A stretch of DNA of 64,000 bases from Gemmatimonas sp. (GTDB lineage Bacteria; Gemmatimonadota; Gemmatimonadetes; Gemmatimonadales; Gemmatimonadaceae). This document shows positions 8,534 through 17,502 of this stretch, in pieces. Position numbers and translations under genes: made by a program. The notes beneath the pieces were generated by a model that was not told the origin of the DNA, did not search any database, and worked only from the letters and a program-made list of their open reading frames with translations. Location: contig OZ257156.1 in the NCBI GenBank assembly GCA_965279375.1, positions 3,744,001-3,808,000 of the forward strand, written 5' to 3'. Positions within the stretch are counted from its first letter, which is position 1. Every line of letters begins with the position of its first letter.

Positions 8534-9364
8534 CTACTCGTCGCGCTCGCCGTTCAGGCAACGCCCCCAGGCGTTGAGATTGTTGACGAGCCCGAGCGTT
8601 GCGATGGCGAACGCGAGCGGATTGTTCATGATGCCGGCAACGGTCATGCTGGCGAGGCTGAGCAGGACGCGCCGAAACTCGGTGTCGCACGCCGCTTCCT
8701 CTTCGTCGAGGAACTCGATGGAGCCGCTTGGCGCGACGGGACCGCTCATGGCCTGCGCCGATTTCGGGAGCAGCGCCCCAACGAGGACGTTGGTCAGCCC
8801 GTTCAGCGAGAACAGTCGACTGGCCTGCGACGCATCGAGGCGTCCGCGCTCGAGGACTCTGCCTTCGCCGTCGTACTTGGTCGTTGCGACCGATGCGAGC
8901 TGCCAGTTCCCGTTGCGAGGGACGTACTCCACGTCAACGATCGTGACGGCCTTTCCGTCGTGCGTGAGCGTGATGCGGGAGGACGGCGAGCCAATCGTCT
9001 TCGGACGAATCTCGACATAGTCGAAGCCGTCGCGGGCAGCGGCGTTTCGCGTGCGCAGCAGGTGAGTGCGTCGGCCGAGCCCCCGCGCGGCATGCTCCGA
9101 GAGGGTCAGCGCCGAGGCGGGTGCCGCTCCCACGATGTCGCCGGCGCGCAGGAGTTTGAGACTGTCTGTCGCGCCGGTTTTCGAGGCCTGGAGACCGAAC
9201 TGCACGCCGGACGCGGAGGCGTCAGGTCCGCCGGTCCATACCGTGGCGGTGCCTTCGTACGGGGTGGAGGTGATCGGACCAGTGGAGTCGGCGCAGGCCG
9301 TCGCGGAGATCGCGCCAGCGCAGAGCGCGAGTGCGCTCAGGAGGTTGTGCTTGGAGAGTGACAT
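8534..9364 (-). CDS. Hypothetical lipoprotein (276 aa) with Cys-flanked hydrophobic C-terminal hairpin
   Basis: ATG 9364 with AGGA upstream; signal peptide ending ATA-C24. Confidence 0.7.
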   Translation of the reverse strand: MSLSKHNLLSALALCAGAISATACADSTGPITSTPYEGTATVWTGGPDASASGVQFGLQASKTGATDSLKLLRAGDIVGAAPASALTLSEHAARGLGRRTHLLRTRNAAARDGFDYVEIRPKTIGSPSSRITLTHDGKAVTIVDVEYVPRNGNWQLASVATTKYDGEGRVLERGRLDASQASRLFSLNGLTNVLVGALLPKSAQAMSGPVAPSGSIEFLDEEEAACDTEFRRVLLSLASMTVAGIMNNPLAFAIATLGLVNNLNAWGRCLNGERDE

Positions 9365-9682
9365 GTGTCCCGTCCTGCTAGTGTGAACGAGCCCGAGGCT
9401 CGGAGATGTGCTCTGAGGCCGTCGGTGTTCGGACGGCAGAGGCCACACTAGGAGGCGACGTCAGCGCTCCGTCATCCGGGCGCGCGGAATTGATCGGCGG
9501 GGCGTTGGAAGAGTCGTCGGATGGGGCGATGGCTCTGGAGCGAACGCTGCGCTGGGAGAGGGAATGCGGGGGGGCCACTCCACAGGGCGGGAAGATTCGC
9601 TATCTTGCTGTGCTCTCAACGAGTGCCGTGTCCGCAGGTGGTCTGTGGCCGCGTCCTTCTTCCAACACGCAGGCTTTCACGT

Positions 9683-10348
9683 ATGGCGCAGGCAACCCGA
9701 TCCGCCGTGGCTCCGGCCGAACTCTCGGACGATCCGATCGAGAACGTGACGTCGTGGATTCAGTCGAACTCGAAGCCGCTACTGGGTGGTGTTGCCGCGA
9801 TTGCGGTGGCTGCGGTGGCGATCTTCGTGTACCGCTCGAACGATGCGTCGACTCGCGAGAAGGCGTCGCGCGCGCTGTACGAGGCGCAGTCCCCGTTGAC
9901 GCAGGGCAAGTACGACGAGGCGGCGTCGGCGTTGGAGAAGGTGGCGACGCGCTACGGCAGTACGACGGCCGGGCAGCAGGCGTCGATCCTGTTGGCGCAC
10001 GCGCTGTTCGAGCAGAAGAAGTACGATCTCGGGATCGCACAGCTCGAAAAGGCGAAGGGGTCAGCGGGCGCGGAGTTCGCTTCGGGAATGGAGGCGACGA
10101 TCGCTGCGGGTTATGAAGCGCAGGGGAAATTCGCTGAGGCGGCAGATCACTTCGGCAAGGCGGCGGCGGCGTCCAAGTTCGCGCTGGAAAAGGGCAATCT
10201 GCAGTCGTCGCAGGCGCGTGCGCTGATGTTGGCTGGCAAGTCTGCGGAGGCGCGGAAGGTTTGGGAGGAGCTGAGCAAGGACGAGAGCCTGCCATTTGCG
10301 CAGGAGGCCCAGGTTCGACTGGGCGAGATCATCGGCGCTGGGAAGTAA
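9683..10348 (+). CDS. Membrane-anchored TPR protein (YfgM-like)
   Basis: Single N-terminal TM (LLGGVAAIAVAAVAIFVY) followed by TPR-like helices; ATG at 9683. Confidence 0.8.
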   Translation: MAQATRSAVAPAELSDDPIENVTSWIQSNSKPLLGGVAAIAVAAVAIFVYRSNDASTREKASRALYEAQSPLTQGKYDEAASALEKVATRYGSTTAGQQASILLAHALFEQKKYDLGIAQLEKAKGSAGAEFASGMEATIAAGYEAQGKFAEAADHFGKAAAASKFALEKGNLQSSQARALMLAGKSAEARKVWEELSKDESLPFAQEAQVRLGEIIGAGK

Positions 10349-10428
10349 GCTTCGGGCGGCGGCCTGCGAGTTGGCGTGGTGTGGAATTCGCAGGCGCGCG
10401 TTTGATTGTGATCTGAGACGGTTCGATG

Positions 10429-10463
10429 CGGCCTGGATCTGTTGATCCGGGCCGTTTGCGTTT
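10429..10463 (+). terminator. Intrinsic terminator after the TPR gene
   Basis: CGGCCTGGATC-TGTT-GATCCGGGCCG (11 bp, one G-U pair) then TTTGCGTTT. Confidence 0.65.
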
Positions 10464-10671
10464 GTGGCAATTGACGGGTGCAACTGTCGCCGTCGTGTCG
10501 AGAGTCCTCGCTGTCGGTTTCGGTGCCGATCGTGGTGGGTGGTCGACCGGCGCGATTGGTCTGACGGGCGCGCGTTGAGGCGGTCGGGAACCGTTCGGCA
10601 TCAAACCCGACATTAGCTGCACAGTAACGGGCCGTTTACGAGACAGCGAAGGTCGGCATGCGTGATATACA

Positions 10672-10699
10672 AGTGCGTATAATACATGTTATGTAAACC
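10672..10699 (+). other. dif: dif site (XerC/XerD chromosome dimer resolution)
   Basis: AGTGCGTATAA-TACATG-TTATGTAAACC versus E. coli GGTGCGCATAA-TGTATA-TTATGTTAAAT; intergenic, at the point where gene orientation converges. Confidence 0.88.
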
Positions 10700-10705
10700 A
10701 AACAG

Positions 10706-10724
10706 CGTGGATAACTGTGGGAAA
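10706..10724 (-). promoter_or_regulatory. Two tandem DnaA-box-like 9-mers
   Basis: Reverse complements TTATCCACG (10706-10714) and TTTCCCACA (10716-10724), each one mismatch from TTWTNCACA. Confidence 0.45.
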
Positions 10725-10925
10725 TCCCCACGGCATGGTTATCGACGGTGTGTTGATGATCTACCCAAGACCTTCATTAGCAACGCCTTAGATCGTGTTA
10801 TCTAGCGCAGTTTCTCGCGCGACGGCGCACAGATCGGCAATCTGTGCACCTGTCCACATAAAAACCGAGAGTTTTCCAGCTCGATCTCCAGCACGGCGCA
10901 AACGCCGGCGAGATCGCCACCAGAA

Positions 10926-11780
10926 TCACCCAATCAGTGTCGCTATTCGGCCGCGAAAAACCACGCGACCCTCCCCGCGTAGAGTCGGGCCAATGGCCCG
11001 CACGGCGTCGGAATTCGTTGGCAGCGTGATCGTCAGATCACGGCCGGAGCTCGTCCGAATGGTCACCGGTGAATCGGCGAGCCCCCAGGCCTGCAGCAAG
11101 ACCGCCGTCGCCACCGCGCCAGTTCCGCAGGCCAACGTCTCACCCTCAACGCCCCGCTCGAACGTCCGGTAGCGCCAGCGACCATCGGGTCGAGCCGACA
11201 CCCAGTTCACGTTGGCGCCCGCCGGACTCAGGCTGGGATGTTGTCGAAGACCCGGGCCACGCGCCGGAACGTCCACCTTATCGGCATCCTCGCACAGCAC
11301 GACCAGGTGCGGAATGCCGGCGATCGCGAAGCCCACGCGATGCTCGCCCTCGACCAGCGAGACATTCATATGAGGGCGCACGTCGACCACGGGCTGCAGC
11401 TCGATCTCAGGCTCCGCGTCCACGATTCGGCTTCTGATTTCGCCTGCGGGCGTCATCAGCGACATGCCGTCGGATCGGCCGAACCCGAGCATCGCGCTCA
11501 TGGTCGTCGAACACAGCGTCGCGTTTCCGCACAGGTCCGCTGGGGTGCCGTCGCTATTGTAGTAATGAATCCGCGCGTCGGCTGGTGCGGGCCCTGGCTC
11601 AAGCACAACGAGACCGTCCGCTCCTATCCCGTTGTAGCGATTACAGATAGCAGATATGATCTCAGGTCGCGTGAGAAGTTCGAGCGACGCCTCTCGACTA
11701 TCGAAGAACACAAAGTCATTGCCGGAACCCGTCATCTTGGCGAACGGAATTCCGGTCAGCGCGTCGGTCGGAAACGACAC
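10926..11780 (-). CDS. dapF: Diaminopimelate epimerase
   Basis: FAKMTGSGNDF, GIGADG, NSDG..LCGN, ERGVEGETLACGTG; start approximate. Confidence 0.95.
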   Translation of the reverse strand: MSFPTDALTGIPFAKMTGSGNDFVFFDSREASLELLTRPEIISAICNRYNGIGADGLVVLEPGPAPADARIHYYNSDGTPADLCGNATLCSTTMSAMLGFGRSDGMSLMTPAGEIRSRIVDAEPEIELQPVVDVRPHMNVSLVEGEHRVGFAIAGIPHLVVLCEDADKVDVPARGPGLRQHPSLSPAGANVNWVSARPDGRWRYRTFERGVEGETLACGTGAVATAVLLQAWGLADSPVTIRTSSGRDLTITLPTNSDAVRAIGPTLRGEGRVVFRGRIATLIG

Positions 11781-11785
11781 GGCGG

Positions 11786-12547
11786 TCAGAGCCGACCCGT
11801 CATGGCCCACCATCGGAGCCTCCAGACCATCAGGATCGCTTCACGCACAATCCCCTTCGACATCTTCGACTCGCCTTCCGTGCGATCGTGGAAGACGATC
11901 GGAATTTCAGCGATACGAAAGCCCTTCCTCCACGCACGGAAGCTCATCTCGATCTGGAAACCGTAGCCGTTGGAGCGGACCTCATCCAGGGGGATCGCCT
12001 GCAGCAGTTCACGCCGAAAGCATCGGAAGCCGCCGGTGGCATCGCCCAGTCGCATGCCGGTGATGGCTCGCGCATAGATGTTCGCGCCGTACGAAAGCAG
12101 CAGTCGAGACATCGGCCAATTCACTACGGTGACCTTGCCGTCCCGATACCTCGAGCCGAGGACCAGGTCGACATCACGGATCGCCGCCAGGAACTCCGGC
12201 AGATGACGCGGGTCGTGCGAGAAGTCCGCATCCATCTCGAAGATGTACGCGTAGTCGGACGCCAACGCCCATGCGAAGCCTGCCAGATAGGCACGGCCGA
12301 GTCCCTGCTTCCCGGGACGGTGCAGAACGTGAATACGACTGTTCTTGCTGGCCATCTCATCGACGAGCTTTCCGGTACCGTCCGGAGAGTTGTCGTCCAC
12401 CACGAGCACCTCGATGAGCGGATCCTGCTCCAAGATCTGCGGCACGATGCGGGTGACGTTCTCGCTTTCGTTGTACGTCGGCACGATGACGAGCGCGCGC
12501 TCGCCTGCTGCGATCGAGCCTCGTGCGGGCGTCGGGGTACGGGTCAA
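11786..12547 (-). CDS. Polyprenol-phosphate mannose synthase-like GT2 (Dpm1/Ppm1 type)
   Basis: VIVPTYNE, VDDNSPDGT, GLGRAY, EMDADFSHDP, FHDRTEGESKMS; TTG at 12547 after GAGGAG. Confidence 0.9.
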   Translation of the reverse strand: MTRTPTPARGSIAAGERALVIVPTYNESENVTRIVPQILEQDPLIEVLVVDDNSPDGTGKLVDEMASKNSRIHVLHRPGKQGLGRAYLAGFAWALASDYAYIFEMDADFSHDPRHLPEFLAAIRDVDLVLGSRYRDGKVTVVNWPMSRLLLSYGANIYARAITGMRLGDATGGFRCFRRELLQAIPLDEVRSNGYGFQIEMSFRAWRKGFRIAEIPIVFHDRTEGESKMSKGIVREAILMVWRLRWWAMTGRL

Positions 12548-12814
12548 AGCAAACTCCTCAGGCGATCGCCGGCGAATGCGGCCGGTACGCGTTATGTCCA
12601 ACCCCGAGAGACGGACACGCTGCAGTCCGCGCTGCCAGGGCCATCGTTGTCCAATGATGTTCGGAGCGCGATCGACGGAGCGCGCATGTCGCGCCGGCGT
12701 CGACGCTTACTACCCCACGGAAAGTAAAATCTGCCATGCCAATCGGCGCCGGGGGACGTACAAGAACTCCGCTCGACGTCGAACTGTCACCAATCGAACA
12801 CTTCAACCTCACGG

Positions 12815-13789
12815 TCAACGTGCGCCCGACGGCTTGGCGGCAGCAGTCCGTGGCAGAAAAGCCAATGCGACCAATCCAGGCAACACTTCAACAACGGTCA
12901 GCCAGAGGCGGGAGGAGAGAGCGAGCAAGGTCGCGTCCGCCTTCGAGGCGATGCCGAGTGAAACCAGCAGTGCAACCATGACCGCTTCGCGCACGCCGAT
13001 ACCACCGGGCGCGAACAGCATCAGGTAGCCCCACAGATACGACGCGGCGTAAACTGCGATGAACAGCTGCGGCGCGCCACCGATCTGCGGCGTCACGCCG
13101 CGGGTAAAAAGGGCGAAAGCGAGTCCGTATCCGATCCAGGATATCGCATGCAACAGCGTGACGAGCCACAGCGTGGACGCCGGCAAGTGTTTCGGCAGCG
13201 GCGGTAAACCCCGCCATAGCGCAATCCGCGTTAGAACGGGCGGCAGAAGCCTCGGCAGCAACGCCACGCCGACGACGAAGACTCCGCTTCCGGCGAACGC
13301 AGCGTTGCGCATCCAAGGGGTGATCCGTTCCAACTCGGCGGCGCCGGCCAGCGCAATCACACCCAAGCCCGCGCCGATGTTCAGCAGCGCGTTGAGCAGC
13401 GCCGCCCCGCCGGCACTGATCGCCGACGCTCCCTCGCGCTGAGCGAGCATGCCCATCGCACCGATCGACCAGACCTTGCCGGGCAGATACTTGCCGAGGT
13501 TCGAGACGGTCCAGATACGGATCGCGGCGCCAAAGGACAGCGTACTTCCCCACCCCGCCAGCAACAGTCGCCAGGTCTGGATGAGTAGCGCATGCACCGC
13601 GAGCACCAGCGCGGCCGATGCCAGAATCCATCCCCAGTTGAGTTGCGCGGCCTTGGCGGACTGCCCGAGCTCCTGCCATTGGCCGGCGATGGCTTTACCG
13701 GCGAGGACCAGCGTCACGAGCAGCAACGCCACCTGCACCACCCGCCAGATCGTGGACTTCGTCGAGCGCACCTGCACGGGATCAGCCAC
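12815..13789 (-). CDS. Lysylphosphatidylglycerol-synthase TM domain / UPF0104 flippase-like membrane protein
   Basis: Multi-TM protein with GKYLPGKVW and APGGIGVRE motifs; GTG at 13789. Confidence 0.8.
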   Translation of the reverse strand: MADPVQVRSTKSTIWRVVQVALLLVTLVLAGKAIAGQWQELGQSAKAAQLNWGWILASAALVLAVHALLIQTWRLLLAGWGSTLSFGAAIRIWTVSNLGKYLPGKVWSIGAMGMLAQREGASAISAGGAALLNALLNIGAGLGVIALAGAAELERITPWMRNAAFAGSGVFVVGVALLPRLLPPVLTRIALWRGLPPLPKHLPASTLWLVTLLHAISWIGYGLAFALFTRGVTPQIGGAPQLFIAVYAASYLWGYLMLFAPGGIGVREAVMVALLVSLGIASKADATLLALSSRLWLTVVEVLPGLVALAFLPRTAAAKPSGAR

Positions 13790-14963
13790 GCGCGACGGCC
13801 TCGCCGTACACCTGGGCGTAGCGCTCAGCGACCACGTCTGGGGCGAAGCTCGCGAGCATGGCCTCACGCGCGATCTGGCCTGTTCGCAGCGCCTCCGTCG
13901 GGTTCGCGAGCAAACGGGCAAGTGAGACGGCCAGCGCGGCGACATCGCCGGGCATGACCAACGAGCCTCCTGCGTCCGGACGAACGACATCGGTAAGGCC
14001 GCCACTCGCGTAGGCGACCACTGGCGTCCCGCAGAGCTGCGCCTCCACCGCGACCAGCCCCAACCCTTCCTCGATTGACGGGACGGCGAGACAAATGGCC
14101 TGCTGATAGAACGGCACCAACGCGGGCTGCGATAGCGCGCCGTGCCAGCGCACGCGCGCAGCGACACCCAGTTCTCCTGCCTGTCTTTGCAACGCACCCG
14201 CGTCCGGGCCGTCTCCCACGACATCGAGAGTGGCTTCTCGAAGCGCGGGTTGCGCCAGCGCGGTCAGTAGCGCGGCGAGTCCCTTCTGCGAGTTGAGGCG
14301 TCCGACGAAGAGTATTCCACGGCGCGAAGTCTCTGGATGGCCCGCGGAAAAGTGGCGGGTATCCACCGGCATCGGCGCGACGCGAAGTCGAGTGCCGGGT
14401 GCGATGCGCAGAATGGCATCGGCCAGCCAGTTGGAGACGGCGGTACACTCACGCGCCTGCGCCAGGACCGCTCGCATGACCGGATGCGCCGGAGCGGTAG
14501 CCTGCGCCAAACGGACATCGGAGCCGTGCATGGTGATGACGAGGGGCGGACGCTGCGAGCCGGTCGCTCGCCAGAGCGCGAGCCCCGCCGGGAACCACCA
14601 ATGCGCGTGCACCACGTCGTACGGATCGCCAGCACGTTCGGCGGCGCGGACCGCATCACGCACGGCGCGACGCAAGGCGCGGAGCAAGCCGAACAGCGCG
14701 AAGCGTCCGCTCCAAGACCCGCGCACGTCCTCGGCCATGGTGCCGGTGTACGCGAGGGTCATGTCGGCATCGCTCGCGTACCGCACGCGACGGATCGAGA
14801 CGCCCTCGAGCGCATCATGCTCGGGAAGGCCTGCGGCGCCCGGTGCGACGATGTCCACGCGATGGCCGCCTGACTGGAGCGCGGTGGCGAGGCGGAGCAC
14901 GAACGATCCGGCGGCGTCGCCGTCAAATCGCGGAACGCTATGCGTGACGAACAGAACCCGCAC
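13782..14963 (-). CDS. GT4 family glycosyltransferase
   Basis: VVHAHW, FVGRL..KG, EGLGLVAVEA..CGTPVV. Confidence 0.92.
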   Translation of the reverse strand: MRVLFVTHSVPRFDGDAAGSFVLRLATALQSGGHRVDIVAPGAAGLPEHDALEGVSIRRVRYASDADMTLAYTGTMAEDVRGSWSGRFALFGLLRALRRAVRDAVRAAERAGDPYDVVHAHWWFPAGLALWRATGSQRPPLVITMHGSDVRLAQATAPAHPVMRAVLAQARECTAVSNWLADAILRIAPGTRLRVAPMPVDTRHFSAGHPETSRRGILFVGRLNSQKGLAALLTALAQPALREATLDVVGDGPDAGALQRQAGELGVAARVRWHGALSQPALVPFYQQAICLAVPSIEEGLGLVAVEAQLCGTPVVAYASGGLTDVVRPDAGGSLVMPGDVAALAVSLARLLANPTEALRTGQIAREAMLASFAPDVVAERYAQVYGEAVARG

Positions 14964-14978
14964 GAAGACGCGCGATGC

Positions 14979-15995
14979 TCAGGCGCTGTCGCGCGAAGGC
15001 TCCGCGCCAGCGTCGGAGGCGACCTGCCGCTGATTGGCGTCTTCGAGCTCGCGTCGCAACTCACGGAGCTCGGCGCGCTGCTGGGCGATCTGCTCGCCGA
15101 GCAGGCCGGTGGAGAAGAACATCGCGCCGAGGATGAGGCAGGTCTGCACCACCGTCCAGACAGCTCGGATCCCGACGCCATTGAAGGCGAGCACGCCAAG
15201 CGCCACGATGCCCGCGAGCAGTCCAACGGTGAAGATCGCGGCGCCGAGCATGCCGAAGGCGAGGAGCGGCTTCTGGCCGAATCGGAGTTCGAACCAAACG
15301 GCGAGCATGTCGAGCACGCCGATGGGGATGCGCGACCAGCCGAACTTGGAGCGGCCTGAATGGCGCGCGTAGAGCGGAATCGGGACTTCGCTCACGGTGA
15401 AACCCTGCGCGACGGCCAGCACGATCATGTAGCGGTGGAAATCCGGTCGCATGGGAAGCGACGCCATGATTTCCCGACGATAGGCCTTCACGTTGTTGAG
15501 ATCGCGCACGGGCACGTGAAAGAGCGTCCGACTGAGCCGGTTGTAGATGCTCGAGACGAAGGCCTTCTCGTAGACGCCCTGTTTGTACCCGGTGACCATG
15601 TCCGACTGGTCGGCGAGGATCGGCGCGACGAGGCTCGGGATGTCTTCCGGCTTGAACTGCAGGTCGGCGGGATAGAAGACGAGAATATCGCCGCGCGCGT
15701 GCAGGTATCCCGTGCGCAGTGCTTCCGCGATGCCGCGTTGCGCGCGATGGCGCACCGGACGTACGAACGCGTGCTCGCTGGCCAGTTGCTCGAGGAGTGC
15801 CCAGCTGCCGTCGGTAGAGCCATCGTCGATGATGACGACTTCGTAGCGCGCCTGCTGCGCGCGCATCATCTCGTCGCACAATTCCACGAAGAGGCGGAGA
15901 TTGCCGACTTCGTCCTTCGCGGGGACGAGGACGCTCACATCGACGCGTCGAGCGGGGGCGCTACGTGCAGGCGGCGTGAAGGACAGTGCAGTCAC
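14979..15995 (-). CDS. GT2 glycosyltransferase with C-terminal TM pair (ArnC/GtrB-like)
   Basis: SVLVPAKDE, IDDGSTDGS, ADLQ, RHSGRSKF and two C-terminal TM helices; start approximate. Confidence 0.88.
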   Translation of the reverse strand: MTALSFTPPARSAPARRVDVSVLVPAKDEVGNLRLFVELCDEMMRAQQARYEVVIIDDGSTDGSWALLEQLASEHAFVRPVRHRAQRGIAEALRTGYLHARGDILVFYPADLQFKPEDIPSLVAPILADQSDMVTGYKQGVYEKAFVSSIYNRLSRTLFHVPVRDLNNVKAYRREIMASLPMRPDFHRYMIVLAVAQGFTVSEVPIPLYARHSGRSKFGWSRIPIGVLDMLAVWFELRFGQKPLLAFGMLGAAIFTVGLLAGIVALGVLAFNGVGIRAVWTVVQTCLILGAMFFSTGLLGEQIAQQRAELRELRRELEDANQRQVASDAGAEPSRDSA

Positions 15996-16011
15996 GAGGC
16001 GACGGTTCGGG

Positions 16012-17502
16012 TCAGATGCGCTTGCGCATGCGTGCGGGAAGCACGCCCAGCTGATCACGATACTTCGCCACGGTCCGTCGCGCGATCTGGACGCCGGTTT
16101 GCTGCAGGATTTCGACGATCGCCTGGTCGGTCAGCGGGTTCTTCGTATCCTCGCCGGAGACCAGCTTGGAGATCTGATCCTTGATGCCGCGCGCGGAAAC
16201 GTCGTCGCCGTCGCTGGTTGAGAGGCCCGACGAGAAGAAGTACTTGAGGGGCAGCACACCACGCGGCGTCTGCACGAACTTCTCGTTGGTCACACGGCTG
16301 ACGGTGGACTCGTGCATGCCGACCGCTTCGGCGACTTCGCGAAGGGTGAGCGGGCGCAGCGACTGCACGCCCCGTTCGAAGAAGTCGCGTTGCCGCTCGA
16401 CGATGTAGTGCATGACCTTGAGCATCGTCTGGCGACGCTGTTCGATGGCCTGGATCATCCAGTTCGCCGAGTTCAGCTTGCTGGCGATGAAGTCCTTGCT
16501 CTCGGTGTCGAACTGCTTCTTGTCGCGGGCAATATCCTGATAGGCGCGCGACAGCTTGAGTCGCGGCAGGTTGCCATCGTTCAGGAAGATGTGGTAGTTC
16601 CCGTCGATCTTGTCGATGACGAGATCGGGGATGATGTAGTTGTCGCTGCCGGCGGAGAAGCGGAGCCCCGGCTTCGGATCGAGCTTGGCGATTGCGTCGG
16701 CGGCGGTTTGCACTTCCTGCGCACTGATGCCGATGCGCTTGGAGAGTTCGCTCCAGCGGTGACCGATCAGCTCCTCGAACGATTCGTCGACGAGACGATA
16801 CGAGAGAGCTTCACGTTGCCCCGCGGCACGCAGCTGGAGCAGCAGGCACTCACGCAGGTCGCGCGCGCCGACGCCCGGTGGGTCGAGATCCTGAATGATC
16901 TGCAGCATCGCCAGCATTTCGGCATCGCTGAACGGCTCGACGGTGGTCTCGCTTTCGCGCTCTTCCGATTCGCGAAGCAGCAGATCGTTCACGCCGTCGC
17001 GGATGGTCTCGAGCGGGCACGCGAGGTAGCCGTCGTCAGAGATGTTGCCGACGAATTCATCGGCGAGAAACGCCTGTCGCGCCGAGAGCTCGAGCAGCGA
17101 GAGCTGCTCTGTCAGATGATCTGACAGATGCTTGGTATCGACCGTGACTGGCTCGTACCACTCGCGATCCTCGTGCTCTTCGCGCTGGCCGCCAGTTTCG
17201 AAGCCGTCGAGGAGCACGGCTTCCCAATCTACGTCGTCATCGCCGGTCTTCTCGGGCTCCGCTTCGGCCGTCGGCTCAGGCTCGGCGAGATTCTCCGGCT
17301 CCGCGACTTCGTCCGGATCGGGTGATTCTTCGTCTTCGTCGGGATCGACGAGTTCGAGGAACGGGTTGGTGAGCAATTCCTGCTTCAGGTGCTGCTGGAG
17401 GTCGAGTAGGGGCATGTAGAGCAAATCCATCGCCTGATACAGGCGTGGATTGACCTTCATCTCCTGCCGAAGTCCTGTGCTCTGTTGAAGACCCGTTCTC
17501 AT
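16012..17502 (-). CDS. rpoN: RNA polymerase sigma-54 factor
   Basis: [26 protein letters not shown] and RpoN box ARRTVAKYR. Confidence 0.98.
   Translation of the reverse strand: MRTGLQQSTGLRQEMKVNPRLYQAMDLLYMPLLDLQQHLKQELLTNPFLELVDPDEDEESPDPDEVAEPENLAEPEPTAEAEPEKTGDDDVDWEAVLLDGFETGGQREEHEDREWYEPVTVDTKHLSDHLTEQLSLLELSARQAFLADEFVGNISDDGYLACPLETIRDGVNDLLLRESEERESETTVEPFSDAEMLAMLQIIQDLDPPGVGARDLRECLLLQLRAAGQREALSYRLVDESFEELIGHRWSELSKRIGISAQEVQTAADAIAKLDPKPGLRFSAGSDNYIIPDLVIDKIDGNYHIFLNDGNLPRLKLSRAYQDIARDKKQFDTESKDFIASKLNSANWMIQAIEQRRQTMLKVMHYIVERQRDFFERGVQSLRPLTLREVAEAVGMHESTVSRVTNEKFVQTPRGVLPLKYFFSSGLSTSDGDDVSARGIKDQISKLVSGEDTKNPLTDQAIVEILQQTGVQIARRTVAKYRDQLGVLPARMRKRI

Noticed and set aside
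8000..9680. att direct repeat of the tRNA 3' end bounding the two-gene cassette
   Set aside because: No second copy of the tRNA 3' sequence and no integrase seen, so it is not called a mobile element.
10600..10925. oriC interpretation of the AT-rich, DnaA-box-containing gap
   Set aside because: Genes converge rather than diverge, the skew direction fits a terminus, a dif site is present, and dnaA/dnaN are absent.
12720..12745. TTGGCATGGCAG as a sigma54 promoter
   Set aside because: No GC at the -12 position with GG-N10-GC spacing.
12558..12818. 86-aa ORF between the flippase-like gene and the GT2
   Set aside because: No recognisable motif or convincing composition; more likely a promoter/leader region.
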